This document shows, one piece after another, positions 36,201 through 45,884 of a stretch of 64,000 nucleotides of DNA. A program made the translations under genes and the position numbers. This DNA comes from Nemertoderma westbladi. Taxonomy: Eukaryota > Animalia > Xenacoelomorpha. The notes under the pieces are model-generated. The model was not told the DNA's origin, made no database searches, and saw nothing but the letters and a program-made list of their open reading frames with translations. Position 1 is the first letter of the stretch, and the number at the start of each line of letters is the position of its first letter. The stretch covers positions 57,613 to 121,612 of the forward strand of contig JAUCBJ010008678.1 of the NCBI GenBank assembly GCA_032718475.1, in the 5' to 3' direction.

Positions 36201-36531
36201 GAGGAACCGTTCCATTTTCGGATCGTTTTAGTTCCGACTCCGAGGATTTGTCCGGGTTGAGTCGAGGAACCGTTCCATTGTCGGATCGTTTTAGTTCCGA
36301 CTCCGAAGATTTGTCCGGGTTGAGTTGAGGAACCGTTCCGTTGTCAGTTCGTTTTAGTTCCGACTCCGAAGATTTGTCCGGGTTGAGTTGAGGAACCGTT
36401 CCGTTGTCGGATCGTTTTAGTTCCGACTCCGAGGATTTGTCTGGGTTTGAACGAATCCCAGGATGGATGGGTCGATGAAGAACCGGTAGTCGGCTTTTTA
36501 ATTTGACAGGTGTCCTGGCAAGAGACGGCAT
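33265..36531 (-). CDS. Retrotransposon ORF1, N-terminal repetitive part (same frame as 30478-33264, separated by one TAA)
   Basis: Open frame extends to 36807, with a more plausible start at ATG 36531 (MPSLARTP). It contains ~37 copies of NPDKSSESELKRSDNGTVPRL-like repeats and Asn/Val/Pro-rich imperfect repeats. The junction reads CAT CGA TAA GTG GAG. Confidence 0.6.
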   Translation of the reverse strand: MPSLARTPVKLKSRLPVLHRPIHPGIRSNPDKSSESELKRSDNGTVPQLNPDKSSESELKRTDNGTVPQLNPDKSSESELKRSDNGTVPRLNPDKSSESELKRSENGTVPRLNPDKSSESELKRSDNGTVPRLNPDKSSESELKRSDNGTVPRLNPDKSSESKLKRSDNGTVPQLNPDKSSESELKRTDNGTVPQLNPDKSSESELKRSDNGTVPRLNPDKSSESELKRSENGKAPRLNPVKSSESELKRSDNGTVPRLNPDKSSESELKRSDNGTVPRLNPDKSSESELKRSDNGMVPRLNPDKSSESELKRSDNGTVPRLNPDKSSESELKRSDNGTVPRLNPDKSSESELKRTDKGTVPRLNPDKSSESELKRSDNGTVPRLNPDKSSESELKRTDKGTVPRLNPDKSSESELKRSENGMAPRLNPDKSSESKLKRSDNGTVPRLNPDKSSESELKRSDNGTVPRLNPDKSSESELKRSDNGTVPRLNPDKSSESELKRSDNGTVPRLNPDKSSESELKRSDNGTVPRLNPDKSSESELKRTDKGTVPRLNPDKSSESELKRSDNGTVPRLNPDKSSESELKRTDKGTVPRLNPDKSSESELKRSENGMAPRLNPDKSSESKLKRSDNGTVPRLNPDKSSESELKRSDNGTVPRLNPDKSSESELKRSDNGTVPRLNPDKSSESELKRSDNGTVPRLNPDKSSESELKRSENGTVPRLNPDKSSGLELKRVDCNDTNPTENQLDGALPTSDNDDTDTNKTTSANNIFPPVVVATDLGDKQIMKTVKRQGRIHRRPVTRSQGKLSANKIEPLPPTEVSSWLGPDKPVQGCRRVDNNCSCNKCAMSQSISEVDQPSSFNTIYNISKPVTNVNPVPSGNGIDNFGTFHNNILKPIVNVNPVPSVNVIDNILQPITNVKPVPRVNVIDNFGTFNNNFLKPVINVNSLPSGNGIDNFVTCGNSILDPSTNVNSVQGVNVVDITSQPVMNENPIGGTNDTDNFGACYNNTSKPIINSVPNVNGIDIYGTCNNSKFGNNCTTLIDLSVSNIIKPSHSHTNHKSVVPKSANTNPARPVISVMDLQDDGTWKHR
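34335..36450 (-). repeat. Coding minisatellite within ORF1 (unit is a multiple of 3 nt, roughly 35 copies)
   Basis: Plus-strand unit CGTTTTAGTTCCGACTCCGAGGATTTGTCCGGGTTGAGTCGAGGAACCGTTCCGTTGTCGGAT repeats with no frameshifting variants on the ORF1 strand. Confidence 0.95.
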
Positions 36532-37156
36532 TGCATCGGTGGCGATGTGTGGCGATATATTACAGCAGTAATCTGGTAATACAGTCTGACAGTAATACCA
36601 TGTGCATAAAGTACTAGTATGTGCATGATCATGACAAGTGCTAGTATGTACATGATCTTTTAACTTGATGAAATAAGTTCTAGAATAAAAAGTTAAGATT
36701 AAAACCAAGGCGTCCCAAACTATTTGATTGTTAAATTTGCGAGAAATTTCCACTGCGTTTCTGTTTACTATGTAATAGGCGATACTATTGTATGTGTGTG
36801 TACCCATAAACGAATTTTTTCTACTATAGCTAGTTTTTGTATTAGTAATTTTTGTAATAGTATTGTAGTATAATTTTCGCCAATACTGTAGTATTTCAAC
36901 TGCATTTCTTTTATTTAGCTACACTTTATCTATAAACTAAGAAACTAAGATAATGAATACCGGCCTCTAATAAAATTTACACTGTATGCGAGCATCGCGT
37001 CCTGAATATATACTATGTTCTAGAAGTCCTTGAACATACTGAAACCCCCATAAATTTTTCAAAAACAATAATTTTGTGTTGAAAATTTTACAGAAGATAG
37101 CATTCATATCTAGAATCCTTGGGCCAAACTCTTGGACCGAGACCTGCAACCCAAGG

Positions 37157-38747
37157 CGATATCTCCTTTGCAGAAGTGAAGACTGCTGCAAAGAGCATTA
37201 AGACCAATCGTGCCAGTGGAGTAGATGGTGTTCCCCCTGAGGTCTTTAAAATACCTGAGTGTTTAAAGCTCATCTATCCCATCATAGTAGACATGTACCG
37301 AACAACAAGAGTCCCACAAGAAATGAAAACAAATAAGTTGGTGCCTGTTCCCAAGAAGGGCAACCTAACACTCTATGGTTCTTTTCGGGGAATCTCATTG
37401 ATCTCGATTGCTGCAAAGCTATACAATAGGATTCTATTAAATCGCATCAGGGATCCCATTGAGAGACTGCTCCGTGGAAATCAGAATGGGTTCCGTAAAG
37501 GTCGTGGGACCATGGAGCCCATTTTGGCACTTAGAAGGATAATTGAAGAGTTATCAAAAAAGAAAGACAGGCATCTGGCTGTTATCTTTGTTGACTTCTT
37601 CAAGGCCTTTGATTCAGTCTCTCGCTCACGTATGTTCAGCATACTTTCATTATATAGGATTCCTGATGAAATTATTGCAGCAATCAGATCAGTATACGAT
37701 GGTTCGACAACATTTGTGTCTACTGTTGATGGTGACACAGAACCATTTGAAGTGTTATGGGGCGTCCTCCAAGGAGACACACTTGCACCATTCTTGTTCA
37801 TTATTGTGGTTGACTATGTTCTACGCATGTCCTTAGATCATTATAATGATGATGGGGTGATGATAACTCCACCTACTGGCTCCAGAAGTCGAGGAAATCC
37901 TGCCAAGTACCTAACTGATCTAGACTTTGCTGATGACTTAGGAGTACTCTCAGAATCATTAGAGGGAGCCCAACGGCTCCTCAGCTCATTAGAACATGCT
38001 GCTTCTAGTGTTGGTCTTTTTATTAACTCCAGAAAGACCAAAATTCTGACAGTTAACTTTGAAAGTCCTCAGCAAGTCTCTGATCGGATGAGCATAAGCT
38101 CAAAGGATGGTATGCTTGAGCATGTGGACGACTTCTGTTACCTGGGATCATGGATCCGGAAGTCAGGTGAGGACCTTCGAATACGTAAGGGAAAGGCATG
38201 GGCAGCCTTGAATAGGCTTTCCAGGATTTGGAAGTCACCGAGAATTAATCGGAAACTTACGGTCCGATTATTTAGAGCAGCAGTAGTTCCAGTACTCCTC
38301 TACGGGAGTCCATGCTGGGCTCTAACTGCTGAGGACACCAAATCTCTGGATGGCACATTCACAAGAATGCTACGCCGGGTTCATTGTGTCAAGTACAATG
38401 CACACATCTCCAACCAGACACTATATAACATTGGAGGTGTCTCATTGGTTCCCCCAAGCTTGACACTAGAACAAAATCGCCTCAGCTTTGCAGGACATTG
38501 CTTTCGCCGTGAGGACCAGCCAGTGCATAATCTTGTACTTTGGCAGCCTCATGGAGTGAATAAGCATGGTGGACAGCCCATGACTTTCTTGAGACGCATC
38601 TTAAAGGACACTGGCCTTAAAGATGCGGATGATCTAGCAAATGTCATGGGTGATAGGGAGTTGTGGCGGTGCAATTTTGTTGACAAGCCGGCACAGCATT
38701 CTTAAAAATGCAGCTGCAATGCAGCATGCCGATCCTAGTAGTAGTAG
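37157..38747 (+). mobile_element. 5'-truncated RTE-type LINE with intact RT frame, inserted in the 42-bp repeat
   Basis: RT motifs FRGISL, QNGFR, FVDFFKAFDS, GVLQGDTLAP, DFADD, YLGS; stop at 38705; (TAG)n tail at 38736-38747; 12-bp TSD TGCAACCCAAGG (37145-37156, 38748-38759). Confidence 0.92.
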
Positions 38748-39596
38748 TGCAACCCAAGGTTCAATGGGCCAAACTCTTGGACCGAGAACTGCAACCCAAG
38801 GTTCAATGGGCCAAACTCTTGGACCGAGAACTACAACCCAAGGTTCAATGGGCCAAACTCTTGGACCGAGACCTGCAACCCAAGGTTCAATGGGCCAAAC
38901 TCTTGGACCGAGACCTGCAACCCAAGGTTCAATGGGCCAAACTCTTGGACCGAGACCTGCAACCCAAGGTTCAATGGGCCAAACTCTTGGACCGAGACCT
39001 GCAACCCAAGGTTCAATGGGCCAAACTCTTGGACCGAGAACTGCAACCCAAGGTTCAATGGGCCAAACTCTTGGACCGAGACCTGCAACCCAAGGTTCAA
39101 TGGGCCAAACTCTTGGACCGAGAACTGCAACCCAAGGTTCAATGGGCCAAACTCTTGGACCGAGACCTGCACCCCAAGGTTCATTGGGCCAAACTCTTGG
39201 ACCGAGACCTGCAACCCAAGGTTCAATGGGCCAAACTCTTGGACCGAGACCTCCAACCCAAGGTTCAATGGGCCAAACTCTTGGACCGAGAACTGCAACC
39301 CAAGGTTCAATGGGCCAAACTCTTGGACCGAGACCTGCAACCCAAGGTTCAATGGGCCAAACTCTTGGACAGAGACCTGCAACCCAAGGTTCAATGGGCC
39401 AAACTCTTGGACCGAGACCTGCAACCCAAGGTTCAATGGGCCAAACTCTTGGACCGAGACCTGCAACCCAAGGTTCAATGGGCCAAACTCTTGGACCGAG
39501 ACCTGCAACCCAAGGTTCAATGGGCCAAACTCTTGGACCGAGAACTGCAACCCAAGGTTCAATGGGCCAAACTCTTGGACCGAGACCTGCAACCCA
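38748..39596. repeat. 42-bp minisatellite, ~20 copies (one more partial unit at 37120-37156)
   Basis: Unit TGCAACCCAAGGTTCAATGGGCCAAACTCTTGGACCGAGA(C/A)C. Confidence 0.96.
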
Positions 39597-39739
39597 TTTG
39601 GTACTACAGATCCTTCTACATGAGATATTTTTCATAAAAATATTCAAATTCTTTACAAATTTTGAAAACAACCGACTTGCACAAAAAGTCCCATATTTTC
39701 GAACAAAATGGTTTGTGAAGGTATCCCTACTCAGTTTTC

Positions 39740-41021
39740 TTAGTTAAAGATCACAGATCCACGAAGCTAAGGAAAATCAACTACTTTCGCTAAGAAAGAT
39801 TTTCCTTAGCTGAGATGGTCTATTCATAGTGGGCTATTTTACTTGTGTGAGGCAGATTTGGGGTTTTTTGATAGGCGAAAAAACTAGCCTTTAAAAGTAC
39901 CCTGAAATTTTGCATGTATATACTACTCGGCGAGGCGCATCTTTTGGGCCGGGTCTCATATCCAGGAAAAATCTGGTTTCCATGGCAACGGACTTCAAAA
40001 AAAGTCTATGTATTTCAAGTCAATATTTATAACTCTATTTGTAGGAAAACTATAATAGATTTAAACTTGGGGTTTTGCAACACAACTATAAGGTCCATAG
40101 CAGATCCGATTGAGGCTAAATAGAAAATCCAGTTACGTTGGCAACCGGGATAAACAGATGTTAAAATTTATAAAATGATAATTTGAGGCCTAAGGGCAAG
40201 GTGTTATGACTTGAGACCAACCCCTACCCCCACTATATAACTTATTCTGCATCCGAATTACATTGTTCTATTTTTCAGTTACCATGACAACAGCCGAAAA
40301 CAGATGTTTTTATACAAAAATTATTCATTTGGACATAGACTTCGCGATAAAATTTTACAAAACTGGGTATGTGTTATCTGCACCACTAGTTGGAACTTTT
40401 AGTGAAACTTAAATCATTCCAGAAATTTAGTTACCATGGTAACTGTAGTTTATTAAACTCTATATCATTCAAGTCTATATTGATAACTCTATTTCTAGCA
40501 AAACTGTAATATATATAAACTTGGGGTTTTGTAACTCATCTATAAGGTCCATATACAAGCCGTTCGAAGTTAATTAGAAAATCCATTTACCATAGCAACA
40601 AGAGTAAACAGATGTTAAAATTAATAAAATGATAATTTGAAGCACAATTTAATAGTATTATGACTTGGGACCAACACCTACCCCCACTATATGACTTATT
40701 CTGCATCCGAATTACATTGTTCTATTTTTCAGTTTCCATGACAACCACTGCAAACAGATGCATTTTGATAGAAAATCTGTAATTTGGACATAAACTACAA
40801 TATTTTCTGAAACTCGATGTGTTATCTGAAAAACAATCTGGACTGAATCTTTTTTCAAAGGTAAAACCAACAGTTCCAGAGAACTCTAGTTTCCATGGGA
40901 ATAGAAGTTATTTATTGGCAAATGCTACTAAACTAGGCTAAGCAACGAACCAAATTGTGGCCGTTTGTTTAATTTTCCTTAGCTTCGTGGTTGCATTTCC
41001 TTTAGGAAATGCCTTTCTAGT
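39740..41021 (+). mobile_element. Non-autonomous Helentron-like (HINE/DINE-1-type) element with internal ~152-bp repeats
   Basis: Sub-terminal inverted repeat CCACGAAGCTAAGGAAAAT (39759-39777, 40972-40990); local 5' inverted copy at 39798-39811; 3' hairpin GCATTTCC-TTTA-GGAAATGC followed by CTTTCTAGT; internal 454-bp duplication. Confidence 0.8.
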
Positions 41022-41837
41022 AATTGTGTTAAAGTTTCAAAACAGTAGCTAGAAAAATTAAAAAAAAATAGATTTGTGGTGATACCGCCATTAATCGAAT
41101 TATATCGCTATTGCAAATAATAATAGCAACAATATATAATATAACTAGACAAAACTGTAAGTTTTTCATATTGCGGGAGATTTAAGATTTAAATCAGGAA
41201 ACGTATTTTATTTTTTTACAAAGGTTTATCACTTTGGCGGGTGTTTAAGGCTGGCATTCCTGCAACAACGTCATCCAACCCAAATCCGCTTCTCCACTTC
41301 GTCCTAAATCGCCGGAGTCGATGCGGGAAGTCTGCCAGTTATATCCGGGGTCTGACCCAACCCATGTATGGCCTCGCCCACCAACTTTACATAAAGAAAT
41401 CTCTATATTTATATATCTATGTAAATAAATGCAGCTCAGTTATAATAATATTATAATATTACTACTTACTGAAGTTCTAGAATAACATATTAATCTAAAA
41501 AATTTTGACTTTTGTCACACCTCACAGCACCTTCGCAACAACAAGGCAAATTCCGGTCTTATGTTTTCTTTGTTAAGCGATTTGTTTGACCCAAATGAGG
41601 TTATGTATTTTCGATTGTGTAAGTATATTAGTGTTGTTCTAGAATTATACAAATAATGATTATTTTCTGGACAATGTCTGAACCAGATAGTGAGTTAAAT
41701 AGTGCTTTGTGCCCGATGTTAGATTGTTTTATGATTATATACAATGAGATTTAATGTGGTGTTATATATACTGTTAGATATTGTCAATAAATAAATAAAT
41801 AACTTTTGGTTCAAATTTGGGTTAGTAAAGTAAAGTA

Positions 41838-41960
41838 AAAAAGTAAATTTTCTTCGGCCGCTAGGCCAGGGATTACGCACAAAGAACTTTACTCCCCAGA
41901 GGAAACTCTAGTACTCGTTTAGCTACCACTTAAGGATGCAAGGCAGAGATGCGCCCTGGG
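41838..41960 (-). mobile_element. Truncated, internally deleted copy of the 10.5-kb SINE
   Basis: AAAGTAAATTTTCTTCGGCC..CCAGGGATTACGCACAAAG..AACTTTACTCCCCAGAG..GATGCAAGGCAGAGATGCG matches 10490-10645. Confidence 0.8.
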
Positions 41961-42082
41961 TTAAAAGCTTTGAAACTTTTTGTGAGACTTTTTAAACTTT
42001 TTAATAACTTTGCCAAAAGAAAGAATGTAGCTAATTAACTATAAAACAACCTTAAATGTAAACCCAAGGTTCAATGTAACCG

Positions 42083-42335
42083 CTAACTGTATAAATAAGA
42101 GGGTTGACTGAGTATTTTCTCCGGGTTTGTTGGTGACGTAGACCGAGCCGGTCCGCCATCCCCTCCACCAGCTGATCTCGTCGGTTTGTACTCGTCGGCT
42201 TCACCAGATATCTCCATCTTCTGTAGAATGAGTTTAATAAGATCGGATTGGGCCTCCAATGAATCCTGTATTGCGTTGAGTTTGTGCGTAGCTTGCGTTA
42301 AGTCGGATTGCAAGGATAGAATCTCCGGATCTTTC
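42083..42335 (-). CDS. TRPA1: TRPA1-like channel, terminal coding exon (C-terminal coiled coil)
   Basis: Acceptor aacag|G in phase 2; KDPEILSLQSDL..LEAQSDLIKLILQKMEISGEAD resembles the TRPA1 C-terminal coiled-coil motif ELIKLIIQKMEI; stop at 42083. Confidence 0.85.
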
Positions 42336-42461
42336 CTGTTAATTAATTAATTAATTATTAATAAATCCATTGACATGAAATTTTTGTTACCTCTCTGTAA
42401 TTATCAGAAAATCAAGTGCCGAATGTGAAAATATCATGTACATAATATAATGTATGTACAA

Positions 42462-42894
42462 GGAAACTTAAGGTCCGATTATTTAGAGCAGCAGTAGTTC
42501 CAGTACTCCTCTATGGGAGTCCATGCTGGGCTCTAACTGCTGAGGACACCAAATCTCTGGATGGCACATTCACAAGAATGCTACGCCAGGTTCATTGTGT
42601 CAAGTACAATGCACACATCTCCAACCAGACACTATATAACATTGGAGGTGTCTCATTGGTTCCCCCAAGCTTGACACTAGAACAAAATCGCCTCCGCTTT
42701 GCAGGACATTGCTTTCGCCGTGAGGACCAGCCAGTGCATAATCTTGCACTTTGGCAGCCTCATGGAGTGAATAAGCATGGTGGACAGCCCATGACTTTCT
42801 TGAGACGCATCTTAAAGGACACTGGCCTTGAAGATGCGGATGATCTAGCAAATGTCATGGGTGATAGGGAGTTGTGGCGGCGCAATTTTGTTGA
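42462..42894 (+). mobile_element. Intronic fragment of the same RTE family as 37157-38747
   Basis: Near-identical to ~38251-38683 but lacks the 3' UTR and (TAG)n tail. Confidence 0.9.
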
Positions 42895-44116
42895 TCCGTG
42901 TGAGATCTGCAAGGGCACATTGGAGAGGATATCAATAGCCAGAATCTTAGATGCATTTATTTATGTTATATTTATTAATATTATATATTTATAAGGTTTT
43001 TTCTAAATATTATACGAGAGAGGGTAATTCCTGTTTAATGTAACAATATGTTAATTCTTAGGGATTCATAACTATTATTCATAATAACATTACCGGTAGG
43101 CTGAATTAATATTATTATCCAAGGCAACACATTCTACAGTAATTACCTACACATTAGGCCTATTAACTATATTTATTTATTTTAAGAATATTATAATTTA
43201 AATAAAGTGAAGGCCACAAATTTAGAATATCTAAGTAATTTATTTGTCTTTTCAAGCCAAAATAAATTTAGAAAGAATCTATGAACTTGGCAATTCAATA
43301 AATAAAAATAAAAATAAAAATAAAATTTTTAAAATTTCTAATTTAGACCAAAATCGGGAGAAAAAGTTTCACTATTTTTCCCTAACCCAAAAGGAATATA
43401 ATGATTTTACTTTTTTTCCCGGCAAAAAAGGTAAAATAAAATATCTTTGGTGGAATTTCCATAATTTTATTAAATGTGTTGAAAGAGCATTGACGTAGAA
43501 AAGGATTGTAAGTAATTTAAGCAATCCATTAACACACTCAAAAGTTATTTCTACTTTAGTGACTGCAAGGCGAACTCGAAAACGGAACTCAATATCCAAT
43601 ATTGGTTTATGTTGTTAACTAAATTATTGGTTTATGTTGTACACTAAATTATTTAACATTGAATAAGGCAGCATCGGGAGTTAAAGAGTTAAATAATATG
43701 AATAGCAGTAACTATATGGAAGTAATATAGTAAAATACTGCAGTTCAATTTATTTTGTAACACTATATCGCTATATCTTCTATTAAAGAATTAAGCAACA
43801 AAAAGTACCAATTTAAGAATAAAATTACGTATTACATGGGAAAAAAAACGTAAAACATTTTTTTTTCAATATCGTTCGCTGACGCGCGGTAAATAAAATG
43901 CCTCGAGAATAATGAATAAAAAATTTTCCCATATAATAAATAATTATATTGAATTATAATTTAATACTAGTTATTTATAACCTATAAATATGCACTTTGG
44001 GCAGTTTACAGTGCCATCTAGCGTTGCTTAAGGCAATTTATTATGTATTAGTAATAAAATTCCACACTGTTATAAACTTTCGATAATATATTTGCCCTTA
44101 TATATTGACTTCTAAC

Positions 44117-44220
44117 CTATATGGATCGTCTTCAGCAATGTCATCAACCTTGGATCGAAGAATCAACTCCATCACTCGAAGACATCCGTGTTTAACAGCG
44201 TTGGGAAACACAACGTAAAC
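44117..44220 (-). CDS. TRPA1: TRPA1-like channel, internal exon (VYVVFPNAVK..DDPY)
   Basis: ttttaag|GTT..AG|gttaga. Phases 0 and 2 fit both neighbours, and VFPN matches the conserved VYPN after the TRP-like helix. Confidence 0.8.
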
Positions 44221-44275
44221 CTTAAAAATCACATGAGAATAAATACTGCAATTAGGCCATCATACAGCCTATGAT

Positions 44276-45524
44276 GGGCGCTACTCCTATCTGATACCCG
44301 AAGGTAGGTGTGGGCGCTACTCCTATCTGCTACCCGAAGGTAGGGGTGGGCGCTACTCCTATCTGCTACCCGATGGTAGGGGTGGGCGCTACTCCTACCT
44401 GCTATCCTAAGATCGGGATGGGCGCTACTCCTATCTGCTACCAGAAGGTAGGGGTGGGCGCTACTCCAATCTGCTACCCGAAGGTAGGGGTGGGCTCTAC
44501 TCCTATCTGCTACCCGAAGGTAGGGGTGGGCACTACTCTTATCTGCTACCCGAAGGTAGGGGTGGGCGCTACTCCACTCTGCTACCCGAAGGTAGGGGTG
44601 GCCGCTACTCCTCACTGCTACCCGAAGGTAGGGGTGGGTGCTACTCCTCACTGCCACCCGAAGGTAGGGGTGGGCGCTACTCCACTCTGCTACCCGAAGG
44701 TAGGGGTGGGCGCTACTCCTCTCTGCTACCCGAAGGTAGGGGTGGGCGCTACTCCTATCTGCTACCCGAAGGTAGGGTTGGGCGCTACTCCTACCTACTA
44801 CCCGAGGGTAGGGGTGGGCGTTACTCCTATCTGATACACGAAGGTAGGGGTGGGCGCTACTCCTATCTGCTACCCGAAGGTAGGGGTGGGCGCTACTCCT
44901 ATCTGCTACCCGAAGGTAGGGGTGTTCGCTACTCCTATCTGCTACCCGAAGGTAGGGGTCGACGCTACTTCTATCTGCTACCCGAAGGTAGGGGCCTGCG
45001 CTACTCCTATCTGCTACCCGAAGGTAGGGGTGGGCGCTACTCCTATCTGCTACCCGAAGGTAGGGGTGGGCGCTACTCCTATCTGCTACCCGAGGGTAGG
45101 GGTGGGCGTTACTCCTATATGCTACCCGAAGGTAGGGGTGGGCGCTACTCCTATATGCTACCCGAAGGTAGGGGTGGGCGCTACTCCTATATGCTACCCG
45201 AAGGTAGGGGTGGGCGCTACTTCTATCTGCTACCCTAAGGTCGGGATGGGCGCTACTCCTATCTGATACACGAAGGTAGGGGTGGGCGCTACTCCTATAT
45301 GCTACCCGAAGGTAGGGGTGGGCGCTACTCCTATATGCTACCCGAAGGTAGGGGTGGGCGCTACTCCTATATGCTACCCGAAGGTAGGGATGGGCGCTAC
45401 TTCTATCTGCTACCCTAAGGTCGGGATGGGCGCTACTCCTATCTGCTACACGAAGGTAGGGGTGGGTGCTACTCCTATCTGCTACCCGAAGGTAGGGGTG
45501 GGCGCTACTCCTATCTGTTACCCG
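44276..45524. repeat. Intronic 36-bp minisatellite, ~35 copies
   Basis: Unit GGGCGCTACTCCTATCTGCTACCCGAAGGTAGGGGT, containing the hairpin CTACC-CGAA-GGTAG. Confidence 0.96.
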
Positions 45525-45747
45525 ATAGTATCCATATTTCGCACTGATGAGTCTCTAAACAAGACACATTAGATCTTAACGCACACTTAGCGGTACAACG
45601 GGAACCTGGCTTCTACAGGAGGAATAGAGAAAGGGTTTGATACAGGTTGTCTAAGTACCTCACATTTTCAGGTGGCAATTACCCATACCCGTATAATATA
45701 TTACAAATAATAAATAAGAAAGCCAATATGAGTTAAATAGTTATTAC

Positions 45748-45884
45748 CTCCTTGTTAACTTTTTCTTGTATCCAGTGGAATTTTGGTAACTTTCTTTCAA
45801 GTTCTGTGTGCGTATCAACCTGCATTGCCAGTCGTTTCAGATGCGCGTTCTTCTGAACTGCGGCGATATCTCCAACAGCCAATC
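45748..45884 (-). CDS. TRPA1: TRPA1-like channel, exon encoding the end of S6 and the TRP-like helix
   Basis: tttcag|GA TTG GCT GTT GGA GAT ATC..AAG GAG|gtaata encodes GLAVGDIAAVQKNAHLKRLAMQVDTHTELERKLP, close to TRPA1 GLAVGDIAEVQKHASLKRIAMQV. Confidence 0.93.

Larger units (their letters stand above)
26913..36800 (-). mobile_element. ~10-kb two-ORF APE-RT non-LTR retrotransposon (RTEX/Proto2-like) with giant ORF1
   Basis: (AAT)n-type tail at ~26913-26942; ORF2 at 27642-30458; ORF1 ends 19 nt upstream of the ORF2 ATG. A weak flanking match GTACCCATAA lies at 26898 and 36800. Clade assignment is by motif impression only. Confidence 0.82.
24523..37032 (-). mobile_element. 12.5-kb P-superfamily-like DNA transposon with nested insertions
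   Basis: 74-bp TIRs with 2 mismatches (24523-24596 and 36959-37032) starting CAAGGACTTCTAGAAC; 7-bp TSD AACATAC (24516-24522, 37033-37039); internal P-type transposase relic. Confidence 0.88.

Noticed and set aside
34118-36328. Plus-strand Ser/Asp-rich repeat ORFs
   Set aside because: Antisense shadows of the ORF1 repeat, interrupted by TGA codons.
38634-39747. Repeat proteins in four frames
   Set aside because: By-product of a 42-bp unit lacking stops; there is no unique coding context.
43372-43599. Additional TRPA1 exon
   Set aside because: No recognisable similarity, and the flanking exons already join in phase (AG+G).
44229-45572. GATPICYPKVGV repeat ORFs
   Set aside because: Translations of the intronic 36-bp minisatellite, broken by stops.
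45544-45575. Hammerhead-like CTGATGAGTC..GAC
   Set aside because: It is followed by ACAT instead of GAAA and has no supporting stems.
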